From positions 690,001 to 722,000 of the forward strand of contig JANQMZ010000007.1 in NCBI GenBank assembly GCA_028279805.1: a stretch of DNA of 32,000 bases, in the 5' to 3' direction. The notes under the pieces were generated by a model. That model made no database searches. It was given only the letters and a program-made list of their open reading frames with translations, and had not been told where the DNA came from. Source of the DNA: an archaeon. GTDB lineage: Archaea; Iainarchaeota; Iainarchaeia; Iainarchaeales; JANQMZ01. This document shows positions 7,537-17,150 of this stretch, piece after piece. The position numbers and the translations under genes are program-made. Each line of letters begins with the position of its first letter. The first letter of the stretch is position 1.

Positions 7537-8792
7537 ATTTTTGAACCCCAGTATTTGTCCCCGATTAATTCCATTATTCTCAAAAGCTGGTTGTATTTGG
7601 CGTTCCTGTCACTTCTGGCAGGAGCTCCAAATTTGCTCTGGCTTGCCCCCAATCCAACAACCATGTCTGAAATAAAACAATCCTCGGTTTCTCCGCTGCG
7701 ATGTGACTGAACAACATTCCAATTGTTTTCAAAAGCCATTTTTGCAGCTTCAACTGATTCCGTTAAAGTGCCAATCTGATTAACTTTTAAAAGCAAAGCA
7801 TTGCATGCTTTTTTTTGAACCGCTGTCTTAATTCTTTCAACATTTGTAACAAGCAAATCATCTCCGACTATCTGTATTTTGCTGCCAAGTTTTGAATTTA
7901 GTTTTTGCCATCCGTTCCAGTCTTCTTCATGCATTCCGTCTTCAATGGAAAAAATGTTAAAAGTGGAAGCTAAGTCAGCATAATAGTCAACCAATTCATC
8001 TGAAGAATATTCTTTTCCCCATAAATTGTATTTTTTGTCTGAATAAAATTCTGATGAAGCGGAATCTAATGCTATTAAAATTTCTTTTTCATAACCAGCT
8101 TCCTGAACCGCTTTCATTATTATTTCAAGCCTGTCATGAGTGTTTTCAATAGGGGGAACAAAACCACCTTCATCTCCCAGAGCTATTGCATTTGCTCCGA
8201 ATTTTTGTTTTAACATTTTTTTTAATTCATGATAAGATTCAACTGATGCCTTTATTGCTGAATAAAAGTTTTTACTTTTAACAGGCATTATCATATGTTC
8301 CTGTATATCATTTTCCATTCCTGCATGTTTTCCCCCGTTTATGACATTCAATTGGGGCACGGGAAGCAAAAAATTTTTATTATCTGAAATTTTTCCAATA
8401 AACTGAAACAATTCAAGTTCTTCCTGTGCAGCAAAAGCTTTTGAAAAAGATAATGAAACCGAAAGCAAAGCGTTTGCTCCGAGGTTTGACTTGTTTTCCG
8501 TTCCGTCAATTTTAATTAAATTTGAATCAAAATCTTTTTGAGAATCAAATTTTTGTCCGATAATTTTTTCTGAAATTTTTTCATTAACATTTTTTACGGC
8601 TTTTAAAACACTTTTTCCTGAAAAATCTTTTTCTTTATCCCTTAATTCCAGTGCCTCCAGTGTTCCCGTTGAAGCACCGCTTGGCACAGCAGCCCTGAAA
8701 ATTCCTTTACCTGTTTTCAAATCACATTCGATTGTAGGATTGCCTCTTGAGTCAAAAATCTGCCTGGCTTTCAATCCTGTTATTTTAAGCAT
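7533..8792 (-). CDS. eno: enolase
   Basis: SRGNPTIE, PSGASTGTLEALELRD, SHRSGETED; 419 aa. Confidence 0.95.
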   Translation of the reverse strand: MLKITGLKARQIFDSRGNPTIECDLKTGKGIFRAAVPSGASTGTLEALELRDKEKDFSGKSVLKAVKNVNEKISEKIIGQKFDSQKDFDSNLIKIDGTENKSNLGANALLSVSLSFSKAFAAQEELELFQFIGKISDNKNFLLPVPQLNVINGGKHAGMENDIQEHMIMPVKSKNFYSAIKASVESYHELKKMLKQKFGANAIALGDEGGFVPPIENTHDRLEIIMKAVQEAGYEKEILIALDSASSEFYSDKKYNLWGKEYSSDELVDYYADLASTFNIFSIEDGMHEEDWNGWQKLNSKLGSKIQIVGDDLLVTNVERIKTAVQKKACNALLLKVNQIGTLTESVEAAKMAFENNWNVVQSHRSGETEDCFISDMVVGLGASQSKFGAPARSDRNAKYNQLLRIMELIGDKYWGSKI

Positions 8793-8860
8793 AATTAAAA
8801 GCTATCATAAAAAGCTTTAAATAAACAATTACGCCCATTTTTTTAAAAAAAGGTGTTTTA

Positions 8861-9781
8861 ATGGCCAATTTAATGTTGTTTGCCGGTTCTGCTCATAAAG
8901 AACTGGCTGAAAAAATTTCTTCACACTTAAAATTAAAAATTGGCAAAACTGAAATAAGAAGATTTAAGGACGGGGAAATTTATGTAAGATTTATTGACAG
9001 TGTAAGAGGAAAAGATATTTTTATTTTACAGCCTTTGTGCAACCCTGTCAATGAAAACTGGGTTGAACTATTGTTAATGGTTGACGCGGCCAGAAGAGCT
9101 TCAGCAGGAAGAATAAATGTTGTAATTCCGTATTATGGTTATGCAAGACAGGACAGAACTTCTTTACCAAGAGAACCAATAAGTGCAAAAGTTGTTGCAG
9201 ACACTTTAAATGTTGCCGGAGCAGACAGATTAATATCAGTTGATTTACATTCTCCTCAAATTGAAGGATTTTACAATTTTCCTGTTGACCATTTAAGAGC
9301 CTTTAATGTTTTTTTGCCTTATCTTAAAAAAAAGAAAATTAAAAACATGGTTGTAGCTTCACCGGATGCAGGCGGGGCAAAATATGCAAAACTATATGCA
9401 AAAGAATTAAACTGCGGAATGGCTGTAATGAGCAAACACAGGACAAAAAAAGGAGAACCAAAAACAACTCACCTTGTTGGTGATGTTAAAAACAAAAATG
9501 TGTTAATTGTTGATGATTTAATAAGCACCGGAGGAACAATTGTTAATGCAATTGATCTGCTCAAAAAAGAAGGAGCCAAAGATGTTTATGTTGTTGCAAC
9601 ACACGGAGTGTTTTCCGAAAACGGGGATAAAAAAATTTTGTCAGCCAAAATAAAAGAATTAATTGTTACTGACACAATTCCTCAAAAAAAACTCTCAAAA
9701 AAATTCAAAGTTTTAAGCATTTCAAAACTTTTAGCGGACGCAATCAAAAGTGTTAACATTGAAAAAGCACTAACAGAATAA
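8861..9781 (+). CDS. prs: ribose-phosphate pyrophosphokinase (PRPP synthetase)
   Basis: YARQDR, DLHSPQIEGFYNFPVDHL, VDDLISTGGT. AGGTG at 8851-8855 lies 5 nt from the ATG; a TTTAATAAA TATA-like element sits at 8817-8825. Confidence 0.95.
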   Translation: MANLMLFAGSAHKELAEKISSHLKLKIGKTEIRRFKDGEIYVRFIDSVRGKDIFILQPLCNPVNENWVELLLMVDAARRASAGRINVVIPYYGYARQDRTSLPREPISAKVVADTLNVAGADRLISVDLHSPQIEGFYNFPVDHLRAFNVFLPYLKKKKIKNMVVASPDAGGAKYAKLYAKELNCGMAVMSKHRTKKGEPKTTHLVGDVKNKNVLIVDDLISTGGTIVNAIDLLKKEGAKDVYVVATHGVFSENGDKKILSAKIKELIVTDTIPQKKLSKKFKVLSISKLLADAIKSVNIEKALTE

Positions 9782-9887
9782 TTCAACATAACTATTCCTA
9801 ATAATTAAGCATCCAAATTTTTGAAAAGCTAACTTTTTATACCTTTTTGTTTTGAAATAATAAGTAAACTTTTTGCGTGTGAGTTGA

Positions 9888-10379
9888 ATGATTGTTCCCG
9901 GTGAAAATGCGGCATTCTTGGATAAAATAGACCACATTGTCCTAAAAGCTCTTTTGGAGGATGGGCGGGCAAGTTATAGTGCTATTGCCAAAGAAGCCGG
10001 CTTGACAGATGTGGCTATAAAAAAAAGAGTTGATTCTCTGAAAAGAAAAGGAATTCTTTCAGGAATTGTAGCCAGCATTAATTATGAAGTTTTGGGTTTT
10101 AGGAATCCTTTGTATGTTCAGATTCGTTCAGACATTTCCCAAAAAAAAGATTTGCTTAAAAAACTTAAATCAATTGACTATGTTGCTGAAATTTATGAAG
10201 TTTTAGGTGAATATAATTTTTTAGCAAAATTAATTCTGCCTGATGTTGGATATGCTAATCAATTTATCAAGGAAATGGAAACACTGCCAGCTGTTAAAGA
10301 CATTAAAACAATGGTTGTTGTGAATAATATTAAAAATTCTCCTACAATTCCCATGTCAACATTCCAAAAAAGGCTTTAG
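9888..10379 (+). CDS. Lrp/AsnC-family transcriptional regulator
   Basis: N-terminal HTH LDKIDHIVLKALLEDGRASYSAIAKEAGLTDVAIKKRVDSLKRKGIL, followed by a RAM/ACT-like half. Confidence 0.8.
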   Translation: MIVPGENAAFLDKIDHIVLKALLEDGRASYSAIAKEAGLTDVAIKKRVDSLKRKGILSGIVASINYEVLGFRNPLYVQIRSDISQKKDLLKKLKSIDYVAEIYEVLGEYNFLAKLILPDVGYANQFIKEMETLPAVKDIKTMVVVNNIKNSPTIPMSTFQKRL

Positions 10380-10410
10380 TTTTATTTTTTTTGATTCACT
10401 TATTATTTTT

Positions 10411-12462
10411 ATGATTTTAATAATTTCAGAAAAAGCAATTGCCGGAAGACGAATTGCTGAAATTTTATCAAACGGAAATTTTAAAGAAAAAAAAGAATCT
10501 GGGGCACTCTATTTCTATTTCAAAAAAGACAATAAAGATTTTATGGTTATTCCGTTAAGCGGCCATATAATGAATGTTCGTTTTGAAGATGGTTTTTCTT
10601 CATGGTCTATTAATACGCTGGAAAAATTAACAAATGCAAAAATTGAATATGCTGGAACGCAAAAAAGAATAATTTCCCTGATTAAAAAAAAGATTCCTGA
10701 AGCTGATGAAATTATTATTGCAACCGATGCAGACCGGGAAGGAGAGAGTATTGGTTTTGAAGTTTTAAGAATAGCCGATGAAATAAATAAAAAAATTAAA
10801 ATTAAGAGAGCAACTTTTTCAGCAATAACAAAAGAAGATATTAATGCTGCTTTTTCTGATTTGGGAAAAGTCAATGAAAATATTGCATCGTCTGCTGATG
10901 CAAGAAGAGAAATTGACTTAATCTGGGGTGCAGTTTTAACAAGATTTTTATCGGTTTCCTCAAAAAGGTTAGGTAAAAGTTTTTTAAGCGCGGGTCGTGT
11001 CCAGAGTCCTGTATTATCATTAATTGTCAAAAGGGAAAATGAAAGAAAAGCCTTTAAACCAACGCCTTACTGGGAAATAGAGGCAGAATTTGAAAAAGAT
11101 TCAAAAAAATTTAAAGGATTCCATTCTCATGGAAAATTTTCAAAACAATCTGAAGCCCAGAAAGTTTTGAAAAAAAAACAAAAAGAATGCATTGTTGATG
11201 AAATAAAAAAAAGAAAACGCATTCTGAAAAAGCCGATGCCTTTTAACACAACATCCTTTTTGGCAGCTGCAACCTCCATCGGCTTTTCAGCCGGAAAAGC
11301 AATGAGTGCAGCTGAATCATTATACCAAAAAGGCTTAACCTCTTATCCAAGAACTGATAATGCAGTTTACCCCAAAACAATTAATCTGAAAAAAATTGTT
11401 TTAATGATTTCAAAAATCAACAAACTAAAATCGTCTGCTGAAAAAATTCTGTCTCAAAAAAAAATAGAACCGTCAAGAGGCAAACTGTCAAAAGACCATC
11501 CTCCTATTTATCCTGTCGGCATTCCGAAACAGGAATTATCCACAGAGGAATGGAGAATTTATGAACTTATTTGCAGGCGTTTTCTGGCAACCTTGTCCGA
11601 AGATGCTTTAACGGAAAATCTTCTGGTTAAAATTTTAATGAAAGACGAACTTTTCACTTCTTCCGGTCAAACTTTTGTAAAAAAAGGCTGGAAAGAAGTT
11701 TATCCTTATTCAAAAGCAACTGAAATTTTTCTGCCAAAATTAAAAAAGGGAGACAAAGTTTTGCTTTTGGATTTAAAATTATTATCAAAAGAAACACAGC
11801 CAAAACCCCATTATTCCCAGGGCTCTTTGTTAAAATTAATGGCTGAACTTGAACTCGGAACAAAGTCAACAAGACATTCAATTATTCAAAAACTTTATTT
11901 CAGAAAATATATTTACGGAAGCAAAGCAATTAATGCAAACAATGTGGCTTTTGCTGTTATTGATGCTTTGGAAAAATTTAACAGCAAAATAACCGAGCCT
12001 GAAATGACAAAAGAACTTGAAAGAGAAATGGATTTGATTTCAGCAGGTAAAAAAGACAAAAAACAGGCTGTTCAGGAATCAAGAAAAATGCTTGAAATGG
12101 TTTTGAAGGAGTTGCTTGCCAACCGGGAAAAAATTTCAAAAACAATCAGAGAATCACTTAGAAATGATAAAATAATAGGTTCGTGCACGAGAAAAAACTG
12201 TGAAGGCCAGCTAATAATCCGAAAAAGCCGTTTTGGCAAAAGATTTTTAGGATGCACAACTTATCCGAACTGCACTCAAACCCATCCTTTGCCTCCAAAA
12301 GGCACCATAATAACGCTTGAAAAAATTTGCGAGTTTTGCCAAAAACCAATGCTTAAAATTTTGGGAAGAAGATATTCTTTTGAAATGTGCGTGGATATTG
12401 AATGCAATAAAAAACACCGGTTAAAAAAGAAGCAAAAAACTGCAAAAGCTAAAACTGAGTGA
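10411..12462 (+). CDS. topA: type IA DNA topoisomerase (archaeal TopA/Topo III-like)
   Basis: TOPRIM MILIISEKAIAGRRIA and ATDADREGE. Active-site Tyr context LTSYPRTDN. C-terminal Cys4 zinc ribbons CTRKNCEG..CTTYPNC and CEFC..C..EC. Confidence 0.9.
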   Translation: MILIISEKAIAGRRIAEILSNGNFKEKKESGALYFYFKKDNKDFMVIPLSGHIMNVRFEDGFSSWSINTLEKLTNAKIEYAGTQKRIISLIKKKIPEADEIIIATDADREGESIGFEVLRIADEINKKIKIKRATFSAITKEDINAAFSDLGKVNENIASSADARREIDLIWGAVLTRFLSVSSKRLGKSFLSAGRVQSPVLSLIVKRENERKAFKPTPYWEIEAEFEKDSKKFKGFHSHGKFSKQSEAQKVLKKKQKECIVDEIKKRKRILKKPMPFNTTSFLAAATSIGFSAGKAMSAAESLYQKGLTSYPRTDNAVYPKTINLKKIVLMISKINKLKSSAEKILSQKKIEPSRGKLSKDHPPIYPVGIPKQELSTEEWRIYELICRRFLATLSEDALTENLLVKILMKDELFTSSGQTFVKKGWKEVYPYSKATEIFLPKLKKGDKVLLLDLKLLSKETQPKPHYSQGSLLKLMAELELGTKSTRHSIIQKLYFRKYIYGSKAINANNVAFAVIDALEKFNSKITEPEMTKELEREMDLISAGKKDKKQAVQESRKMLEMVLKELLANREKISKTIRESLRNDKIIGSCTRKNCEGQLIIRKSRFGKRFLGCTTYPNCTQTHPLPPKGTIITLEKICEFCQKPMLKILGRRYSFEMCVDIECNKKHRLKKKQKTAKAKTE

Positions 12463-12466
12463 TTGT

Positions 12467-13267
12467 ATGGAAATTGAAATTTTTTTTGAAAAAAATCTGG
12501 AAAAAAATGCTTCAATGTATTTTGATAAAAGCAAAAAATTAAAACAAAAAGCCAAAAATATTGAACAGGCAATAAAACAAACTGAAAAAAAAATTGAAAA
12601 AGAAAAAAAAAGAAAATCAAAACTGAAACCAAAACCGGTTATTAAAAAAAGAAAAACAGAATGGTTTGAAAAGTTTCACTGGTTTTATTCAAGTGAAAAT
12701 TTTTTAATTGCAGGAGGCAGAGACGCATCTTCAAATGAAACTCTTGTAAAAAAATACATGAAAAAAGAAGATGTATACTTTCATGCAGATATTGTGGGAG
12801 CACCACATTGCATTATTAAAACTGAAAACAAAAAACCCGGTCAAAAAACTTTAAATGAGGCTGCAGGATTTGCAGCTTGTTTTAGCAAAGCGTGGAAAGA
12901 AGGAATTGCTTCAGTTGATGTTTATTCTGTTAAGCCTGAACAGGTTTCAAAAAAAGCACCAAGCGGTGAAGCTCTTGGAAAAGGAGCTTTTATGATCTAT
13001 GGTGAAAGAAAATGGTTTAAGAAAACTCCTTTGGATTTTTTCATAGGTTTTCAAAAAATTAAAAATATTTTCAGAATAATTTCCGGTCCCAAAGAAGCTA
13101 TTGAAAAACATTCAGATTTTGTTTTAAATGTAAAACAAGGTTCTGAAAAAAAAGGACTTGTTGCTAAAAAAATTAAAACATTTTTTGACAAAAAAGCGGG
13201 GCATAATTTTCCAATTGAAGAAGTTGAAAAAATGCTTCCTTCCGGAAAAATGGAGTTAAAGGCCTGA
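12467..13267 (+). CDS. stand-alone NFACT-R (DUF814) RNA-binding domain protein, Rqc2/RqcH C-terminal-like
   Basis: Lys-rich coiled-coil N-terminus, then WFEKFHWFYSSENFLIAGGRDASSNETLVKKYMKKEDVYFHADIVGAPHCIIK and AAGFAACFSKAW. No NFACT-N region. Starts 4 nt after the topA stop. Confidence 0.7.
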   Translation: MEIEIFFEKNLEKNASMYFDKSKKLKQKAKNIEQAIKQTEKKIEKEKKRKSKLKPKPVIKKRKTEWFEKFHWFYSSENFLIAGGRDASSNETLVKKYMKKEDVYFHADIVGAPHCIIKTENKKPGQKTLNEAAGFAACFSKAWKEGIASVDVYSVKPEQVSKKAPSGEALGKGAFMIYGERKWFKKTPLDFFIGFQKIKNIFRIISGPKEAIEKHSDFVLNVKQGSEKKGLVAKKIKTFFDKKAGHNFPIEEVEKMLPSGKMELKA

Positions 13268-13330
13268 TTTTTTATTTTTTTGGGTTCAAATGAAGGTTTA
13301 AAAACTCTTTTGCTTGATTTTCCTATTGTT

Positions 13331-15502
13331 ATGCCGGAGAAAGATGTTCAGTTAAAAGTTCAGGATTCTGACCCGACACATGTGGGTAGAAATATTGTTA
13401 CTCTTGACAGGGAAACAAAGCAAAAAATAGGTGTTACTTCCGGGGACATTGTTGAAATAAGTGCCAAAAAAAGCACTGGGGCTGTTGTTTGGCCAGCTCG
13501 TCCTGAAGATGAGGGAAAAAGTGTTATTCGGATGGATAATTTTATCAGGCATAATGTTGGCGTTGGATTGGGGGATCATGTCGGTGTTAAAAAAGCTGAT
13601 TTTAAAGAAGCTCTTGAAGTTATTTTAGCTCCTACTGTTGATGTCAGAATTATTGCTTCCGGTTATAACAGAATTTTAAAAAAATCTTTTTTAGGCAGAC
13701 CTGTTTCCCAGGGTGACAATGTCTGGATTAGTGTTTTTGGTTCAGGTTTTGTTTACCGTGTTGTTAACACAAAACCAAAAGGAATTGTAAAAGTAACTGA
13801 TTTTACAAAATTTAATTTAAAAGAAAAACCTGTTGCTGATACTCTTGAAGGGGTTCCTCAGATTGCTTATGAGGACATTGGCGGTTTAAATGAACAGGTT
13901 AAAAAAGTAAAAGAAATGATTGAATTGCCAATGAGGCATCCTGAAATTTTTCAAAAACTTGGAATAATTCCTCCCAAAGGTGTTTTGTTATATGGCCCGC
14001 CGGGTACTGGTAAAACGCTTTTAGCCAAAGCGGTTGCAAATGAAAGCAATGCTCATTTCATTAATGTTTCAGCGCCAAGCATTATGAGTAAATTTGTTGG
14101 CGAAGCTGAGGAAAGATTAAGGCAGATTTTTAAAGAAGCTGAGGAAAATTCTCCGAGCATTATTTTTTTTGATGAAATTGATGCAATTGTTCCAAAAAGA
14201 GATGAAGTTATTGGGGAAGTGGAAAGGCGTGTTGTTGCACAGTTACTTTCTTTAATGGACGGACTGGAAGCAAGAGGTGATGTAATTGTTATTGCTGCTA
14301 CAAACAGAATTAATTCTCTGGATGAAGCTTTGAGAAGGCCCGGAAGATTTGACAGGGAAATTGAATTTGGTGTTCCTGATAAAAAGGGAAGGGAAATAAT
14401 TTTACAAATTCATACAAGGGGAATGCCTTTATCTAAAAATGTTGATTTGAAAGATTTGGCTTCAATAACCCATGGTTTTGTCGGGGCAGACCTGGAAGCT
14501 TTGGCAAAAGAATCGGCAATGAAGGCATTAAGGCGTTATTTGCCTGAAATTAATCTTGAAGAGGAATCAATTCCTGAAGAAGTTTTGGAAAAACTTCAGG
14601 TTACAAAAGAAGATTTTATGAATGCTTTTAAAGAGGTTCAGCCTTCCGCGTTAAGGGAAATAGCTGTTCAGGTTCCAAAAGTTTCGTGGAATGATGTCGG
14701 AGGCCTGGAAAGAGTAAAACAGGAGTTAAAACAGGCGGTTGAATGGCCTTTAAAAAAACCGAAAGTTTTTTCTGATATGGGAATAAGGCCCCCTAAAGGA
14801 ATTCTTTTATATGGTCCTCCCGGATGCGGTAAAACGCTTTTAGCCAAAGCGGTTGCAAATGAATCGCAGGCAAATTTTATTTCAGTCAAAGGGCCGGAAT
14901 TGTTGTCAATGTGGGTTGGTGAAAGCGAAAAAGGTGTAAGAAAACTGTTCAGAAAAGCAAGACAGGTTTCTCCCAGCATTATTTTTTTTGATGAAATTGA
15001 TTCCATTGCTACAAGAAGAGGGTCAAGTGTTTCAGGTGTTGGAGACAGAGTTCTGGACCAGATTTTAACAGAGGTTGACGGTTTATCTGATCTGAAAAAT
15101 GTTGTTTTTATTGGTGCGACAAACAGGCCTGACCTGGTTGACCAGTCTTTGATGAGACCCGGAAGAATTGACAAACTTGTTTTGGTCAGTTCCCCGGCTG
15201 AAAAAGAAAGACTTGAAATTTTAAAAGTGCATTCAAAAGGTGTTCCGCTTGCAAAAGATATTGATTTGAAGGAAATTGCAAAAATAACCGCAGGGCACAG
15301 CGGTGCTGATCTGGAGCAATTAATAAGGGAGGCTGCTTTGGATGCTATCGAAGAAAGTGATTTTAAAACTGTTAAAGTTAAAAACAAAAATTTTGAAAAA
15401 ATTTTGAAAAAATTAAAACCATCAATTGACAAAAAAAGCGAACAGTCTTACAAAGAATTCAAAGAACATGTTGTGGAATACAATCCTTCATATGTTGGCT
15501 GA
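13331..15502 (+). CDS. cdc48: CDC48/VAT/p97-type AAA+ ATPase (two AAA domains)
   Basis: N-domain ([32 protein letters not shown]), D1 [17 protein letters not shown]2 [16 protein letters not shown]. The track uses TTG 13280; ATG 13331 ([10 protein letters not shown]) fits the usual N-terminus better. Start uncertain. Confidence 0.93.
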   Translation: MPEKDVQLKVQDSDPTHVGRNIVTLDRETKQKIGVTSGDIVEISAKKSTGAVVWPARPEDEGKSVIRMDNFIRHNVGVGLGDHVGVKKADFKEALEVILAPTVDVRIIASGYNRILKKSFLGRPVSQGDNVWISVFGSGFVYRVVNTKPKGIVKVTDFTKFNLKEKPVADTLEGVPQIAYEDIGGLNEQVKKVKEMIELPMRHPEIFQKLGIIPPKGVLLYGPPGTGKTLLAKAVANESNAHFINVSAPSIMSKFVGEAEERLRQIFKEAEENSPSIIFFDEIDAIVPKRDEVIGEVERRVVAQLLSLMDGLEARGDVIVIAATNRINSLDEALRRPGRFDREIEFGVPDKKGREIILQIHTRGMPLSKNVDLKDLASITHGFVGADLEALAKESAMKALRRYLPEINLEEESIPEEVLEKLQVTKEDFMNAFKEVQPSALREIAVQVPKVSWNDVGGLERVKQELKQAVEWPLKKPKVFSDMGIRPPKGILLYGPPGCGKTLLAKAVANESQANFISVKGPELLSMWVGESEKGVRKLFRKARQVSPSIIFFDEIDSIATRRGSSVSGVGDRVLDQILTEVDGLSDLKNVVFIGATNRPDLVDQSLMRPGRIDKLVLVSSPAEKERLEILKVHSKGVPLAKDIDLKEIAKITAGHSGADLEQLIREAALDAIEESDFKTVKVKNKNFEKILKKLKPSIDKKSEQSYKEFKEHVVEYNPSYVG
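14009..14044 (+). repeat. 36-nt block identical to 14828-14863 (cdc48 D1 Walker A region)
   Basis: ggtaaaacgcttttagccaaagcggttgcaaatgaa occurs at both positions, read directly from the sequence. Confidence 0.9.
14828..14863 (+). repeat. 36-nt block identical to 14009-14044 (cdc48 D2 Walker A region)
   Basis: Same 36-mer as in D1. A second identical 27-mer, agcattattttttttgatgaaattgat, occurs at 14156-14182 and 14975-15001. Confidence 0.9.
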
Positions 15503-15505
15503 TTT

Positions 15506-16111
15506 TTAAAACAAAAATAAGAAAAAGAAAACTAACGGAAAAAAAACCAGTGCCCATATTTTAACATCCCATGCAATAACTTTGCTTCCGTCCAGCGGAA
15601 AAATAGGAAGCATGTTAAACATCGCCAAAAATAAATTGATTATAATTCCGAATCCGAACATTTTTCCAAAAAAACCAAAAGGAAAAAATGTAAATAACAA
15701 AAAGAATACTAATGCAATTATTATGTTTGTTATTGGCCCAGCAATTGATATTATTCCGTTTTGTTTTCTTGTAATATTCGGGCCGTAAATGTATACTGCG
15801 CCCGGAGCTGCAAACAAAAATTTGAAAGGAGTGAATAACGCCAGTAATCCTGTAAACAATGCAAGCATTAAACCCATTTTCCACATTCTGAATTCTGCGT
15901 GTGCCCCGTATCGTAAAGCAACGTGTTTGTGTGCCAGTTCATGAAAAATAAAACCGGTTCCTACCGCCACAAGTGAAATGATAAAAGCTTCTGCAAAATT
16001 TCTTATAAAAGGTGAAAATCCTCCGAACAAGTCGCTTGACTGAATTGCCGCAAAAGCAAGGCTTATCGTAACCCAGCTTATCATTAACTCGTTTCTCTCG
16101 GTTTTATTCAT
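15506..16111 (-). CDS. site-2 protease family (M50) intramembrane metalloprotease, minimal form
   Basis: HELAHKH (HExxH) in a TM segment plus NMLPIFPLDGSKV (LDG motif). Polytopic and hydrophobic, 201 aa. Confidence 0.8.
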   Translation of the reverse strand: MNKTERNELMISWVTISLAFAAIQSSDLFGGFSPFIRNFAEAFIISLVAVGTGFIFHELAHKHVALRYGAHAEFRMWKMGLMLALFTGLLALFTPFKFLFAAPGAVYIYGPNITRKQNGIISIAGPITNIIIALVFFLLFTFFPFGFFGKMFGFGIIINLFLAMFNMLPIFPLDGSKVIAWDVKIWALVFFPLVFFFLFLF

Positions 16112-16183
16112 GTACTATCTACAAAACCAAGTATTTTAATTTTTTTTGAATTACAGTATTTAAATAAGCTGGGAGGTTGGTTT

Positions 16184-16363
16184 ATGGATAACAGGGCTCA
16201 GGTTTCTGTTGAGGTAATACTGGTACTGGCAGCTGTGGTTGCAGTTGTTTTATTACTGGTTTCACAATTACAGGCGACAGGCACTGAAGCAGCAGAAAAG
16301 GTAGGAAAAACTTCAGAAAATGTTTTTGAAAAAGTTGATGAAATTATAGACAGCCAAAAATAA
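16184..16363 (+). CDS. class III signal-peptide protein, short type IV pilin-like (candidate major pilin), not in the ORF track
   Basis: ATG 16184 preceded by GGAGG (16172-16176); TAA at 16361-16363. 59 aa: MDNRAQVSVEVILVLAAVVAVVLLLVSQLQ.., with an R-A-Q..E prepilin-type N-terminus. The track shows only a spurious antisense ORF (16198..16452). Confidence 0.7.
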   Translation: MDNRAQVSVEVILVLAAVVAVVLLLVSQLQATGTEAAEKVGKTSENVFEKVDEIIDSQK

Positions 16364-16375
16364 TAGGTGTTTTTT

Positions 16376-16792
16376 TTGAAAACAAATTTTGATACAAAAG
16401 CACAGGCATCGCTGGAATATCTTTTAACATTGCTTGCATTTTTTGCATTCATGCTTTTAATTTTTCCGGCAATAATAGCTTTTTACCACACATCGGTTTT
16501 TGCTTTGGATGTTTTGAATGCTAAAAATTTTTTAAACGATTTTTCTCAAAAAATTTCACAGGCAGAATTGCTTGGCAACGGAACAACTTTGGAAATAAAA
16601 ACACATGCTTTAACAAAATGGAAATTATCTTCCTCACAAGAATCTGTTGATTTAAAAGTTTTTTCAAAAGAACTTGGCAGTGAAAGAACGTTAAGTGAAA
16701 AAATTTTTTCTGAAATTTCACTCAATGAGCAAATAACCGGTTTTAAAAGTTTTATTATAACAAAACAGGATAATAAAATTTTTATCAATTAA
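16376..16792 (+). CDS. class III signal-peptide (type IV pilin-like) protein
   Basis: N-terminus ..KTNFDTKAQASLEYLLTLLAFFAFMLLIF. Track start is GTG 16367; TTG 16376 sits 6 nt after AGGTG (16365-16369) and gives MKTNFDTKAQASLE. Confidence 0.65.
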   Translation: MKTNFDTKAQASLEYLLTLLAFFAFMLLIFPAIIAFYHTSVFALDVLNAKNFLNDFSQKISQAELLGNGTTLEIKTHALTKWKLSSSQESVDLKVFSKELGSERTLSEKIFSEISLNEQITGFKSFIITKQDNKIFIN

Positions 16793-17150
16793 AAACTGAA
16801 ACTTTTATTTCTTTTTCTTCAAAAACCAAAAAAGGATTAATATGGGAAAAATTAATGCCGGCTGAAATTTCATCCCCTTCCTGCACACCTTTTTCTATTT
16901 TTTCATTGTTCAGTTGCACATATCCTCTTTTGTTGGGAAAAACAAATTCAAAATCTTTATACATTTCATTAATGCTGAATTTTTTTTCAATAATCCATAC
17001 TTTTGTCAGATCATGCTCAAGCTTTGTTATGTATAAAACATCGTTGTTTTTTTCATTTATCTGTGTTCCGCTTGCAAAAATGAAAACAAGCATTAAAATA
17101 ATGAGTCCTATTGACGCTTCTATTGAAAAACTCTGGGCTTTTTTATTCAT
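16785..17150 (-). CDS. class III signal-peptide (type IV pilin-like) protein
   Basis: MNKKAQSFSIEASIGLIILMLVFIF. AGAGGT (17159-17164) lies 8 nt upstream of the ATG. Overlaps the upstream gene by 8 nt. Confidence 0.65.
   Translation of the reverse strand: MNKKAQSFSIEASIGLIILMLVFIFASGTQINEKNNDVLYITKLEHDLTKVWIIEKKFSINEMYKDFEFVFPNKRGYVQLNNEKIEKGVQEGDEISAGINFSHINPFLVFEEKEIKVSVFN

Noticed and set aside
10515-11030. 171-aa ORF antisense to topA, plus smaller antisense ORFs inside topA at 11654-11881, 12072-12349 and 12276-12632
   Set aside because: They are embedded in, or overlap, a well-supported topoisomerase gene. Their composition is typical of shadow ORFs in AT-rich DNA.
13280-13330. TTG start for cdc48 given by the ORF track, and likewise start 26656 for pheT
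   Set aside because: There is no SD at either. The downstream ATGs (13331 [10 protein letters not shown]; 26623 MPTITANYKDL) give N-termini matching the usual family starts, and the pheT ATG forms a TAATG junction with pheS.
14668-15432. 254-aa ORF antisense to cdc48
   Set aside because: It lies wholly inside a gene with unmistakable AAA+ motifs on the other strand. Its sequence is low-complexity and Ser/Phe/Leu-rich, as expected from reading Lys/Glu-rich codons backwards. It has no SD or promoter context.
15506-16111. Prepilin peptidase for the adjacent pilin-like genes
   Set aside because: It has the HExxH and LDG motifs of an M50 site-2 metalloprotease, not the paired Asp (GxGD-type) motifs of FlaK/PibD/EppA peptidases. 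The adjacency is probably coincidental.
16198-16452. 84-aa minus-strand ORF in the M50/pilin spacer
   Set aside because: The plus strand here encodes an SD-preceded class III signal-peptide protein and the start of a second one. The minus ORF is Thr/Ser/Ala-rich shadow sequence.
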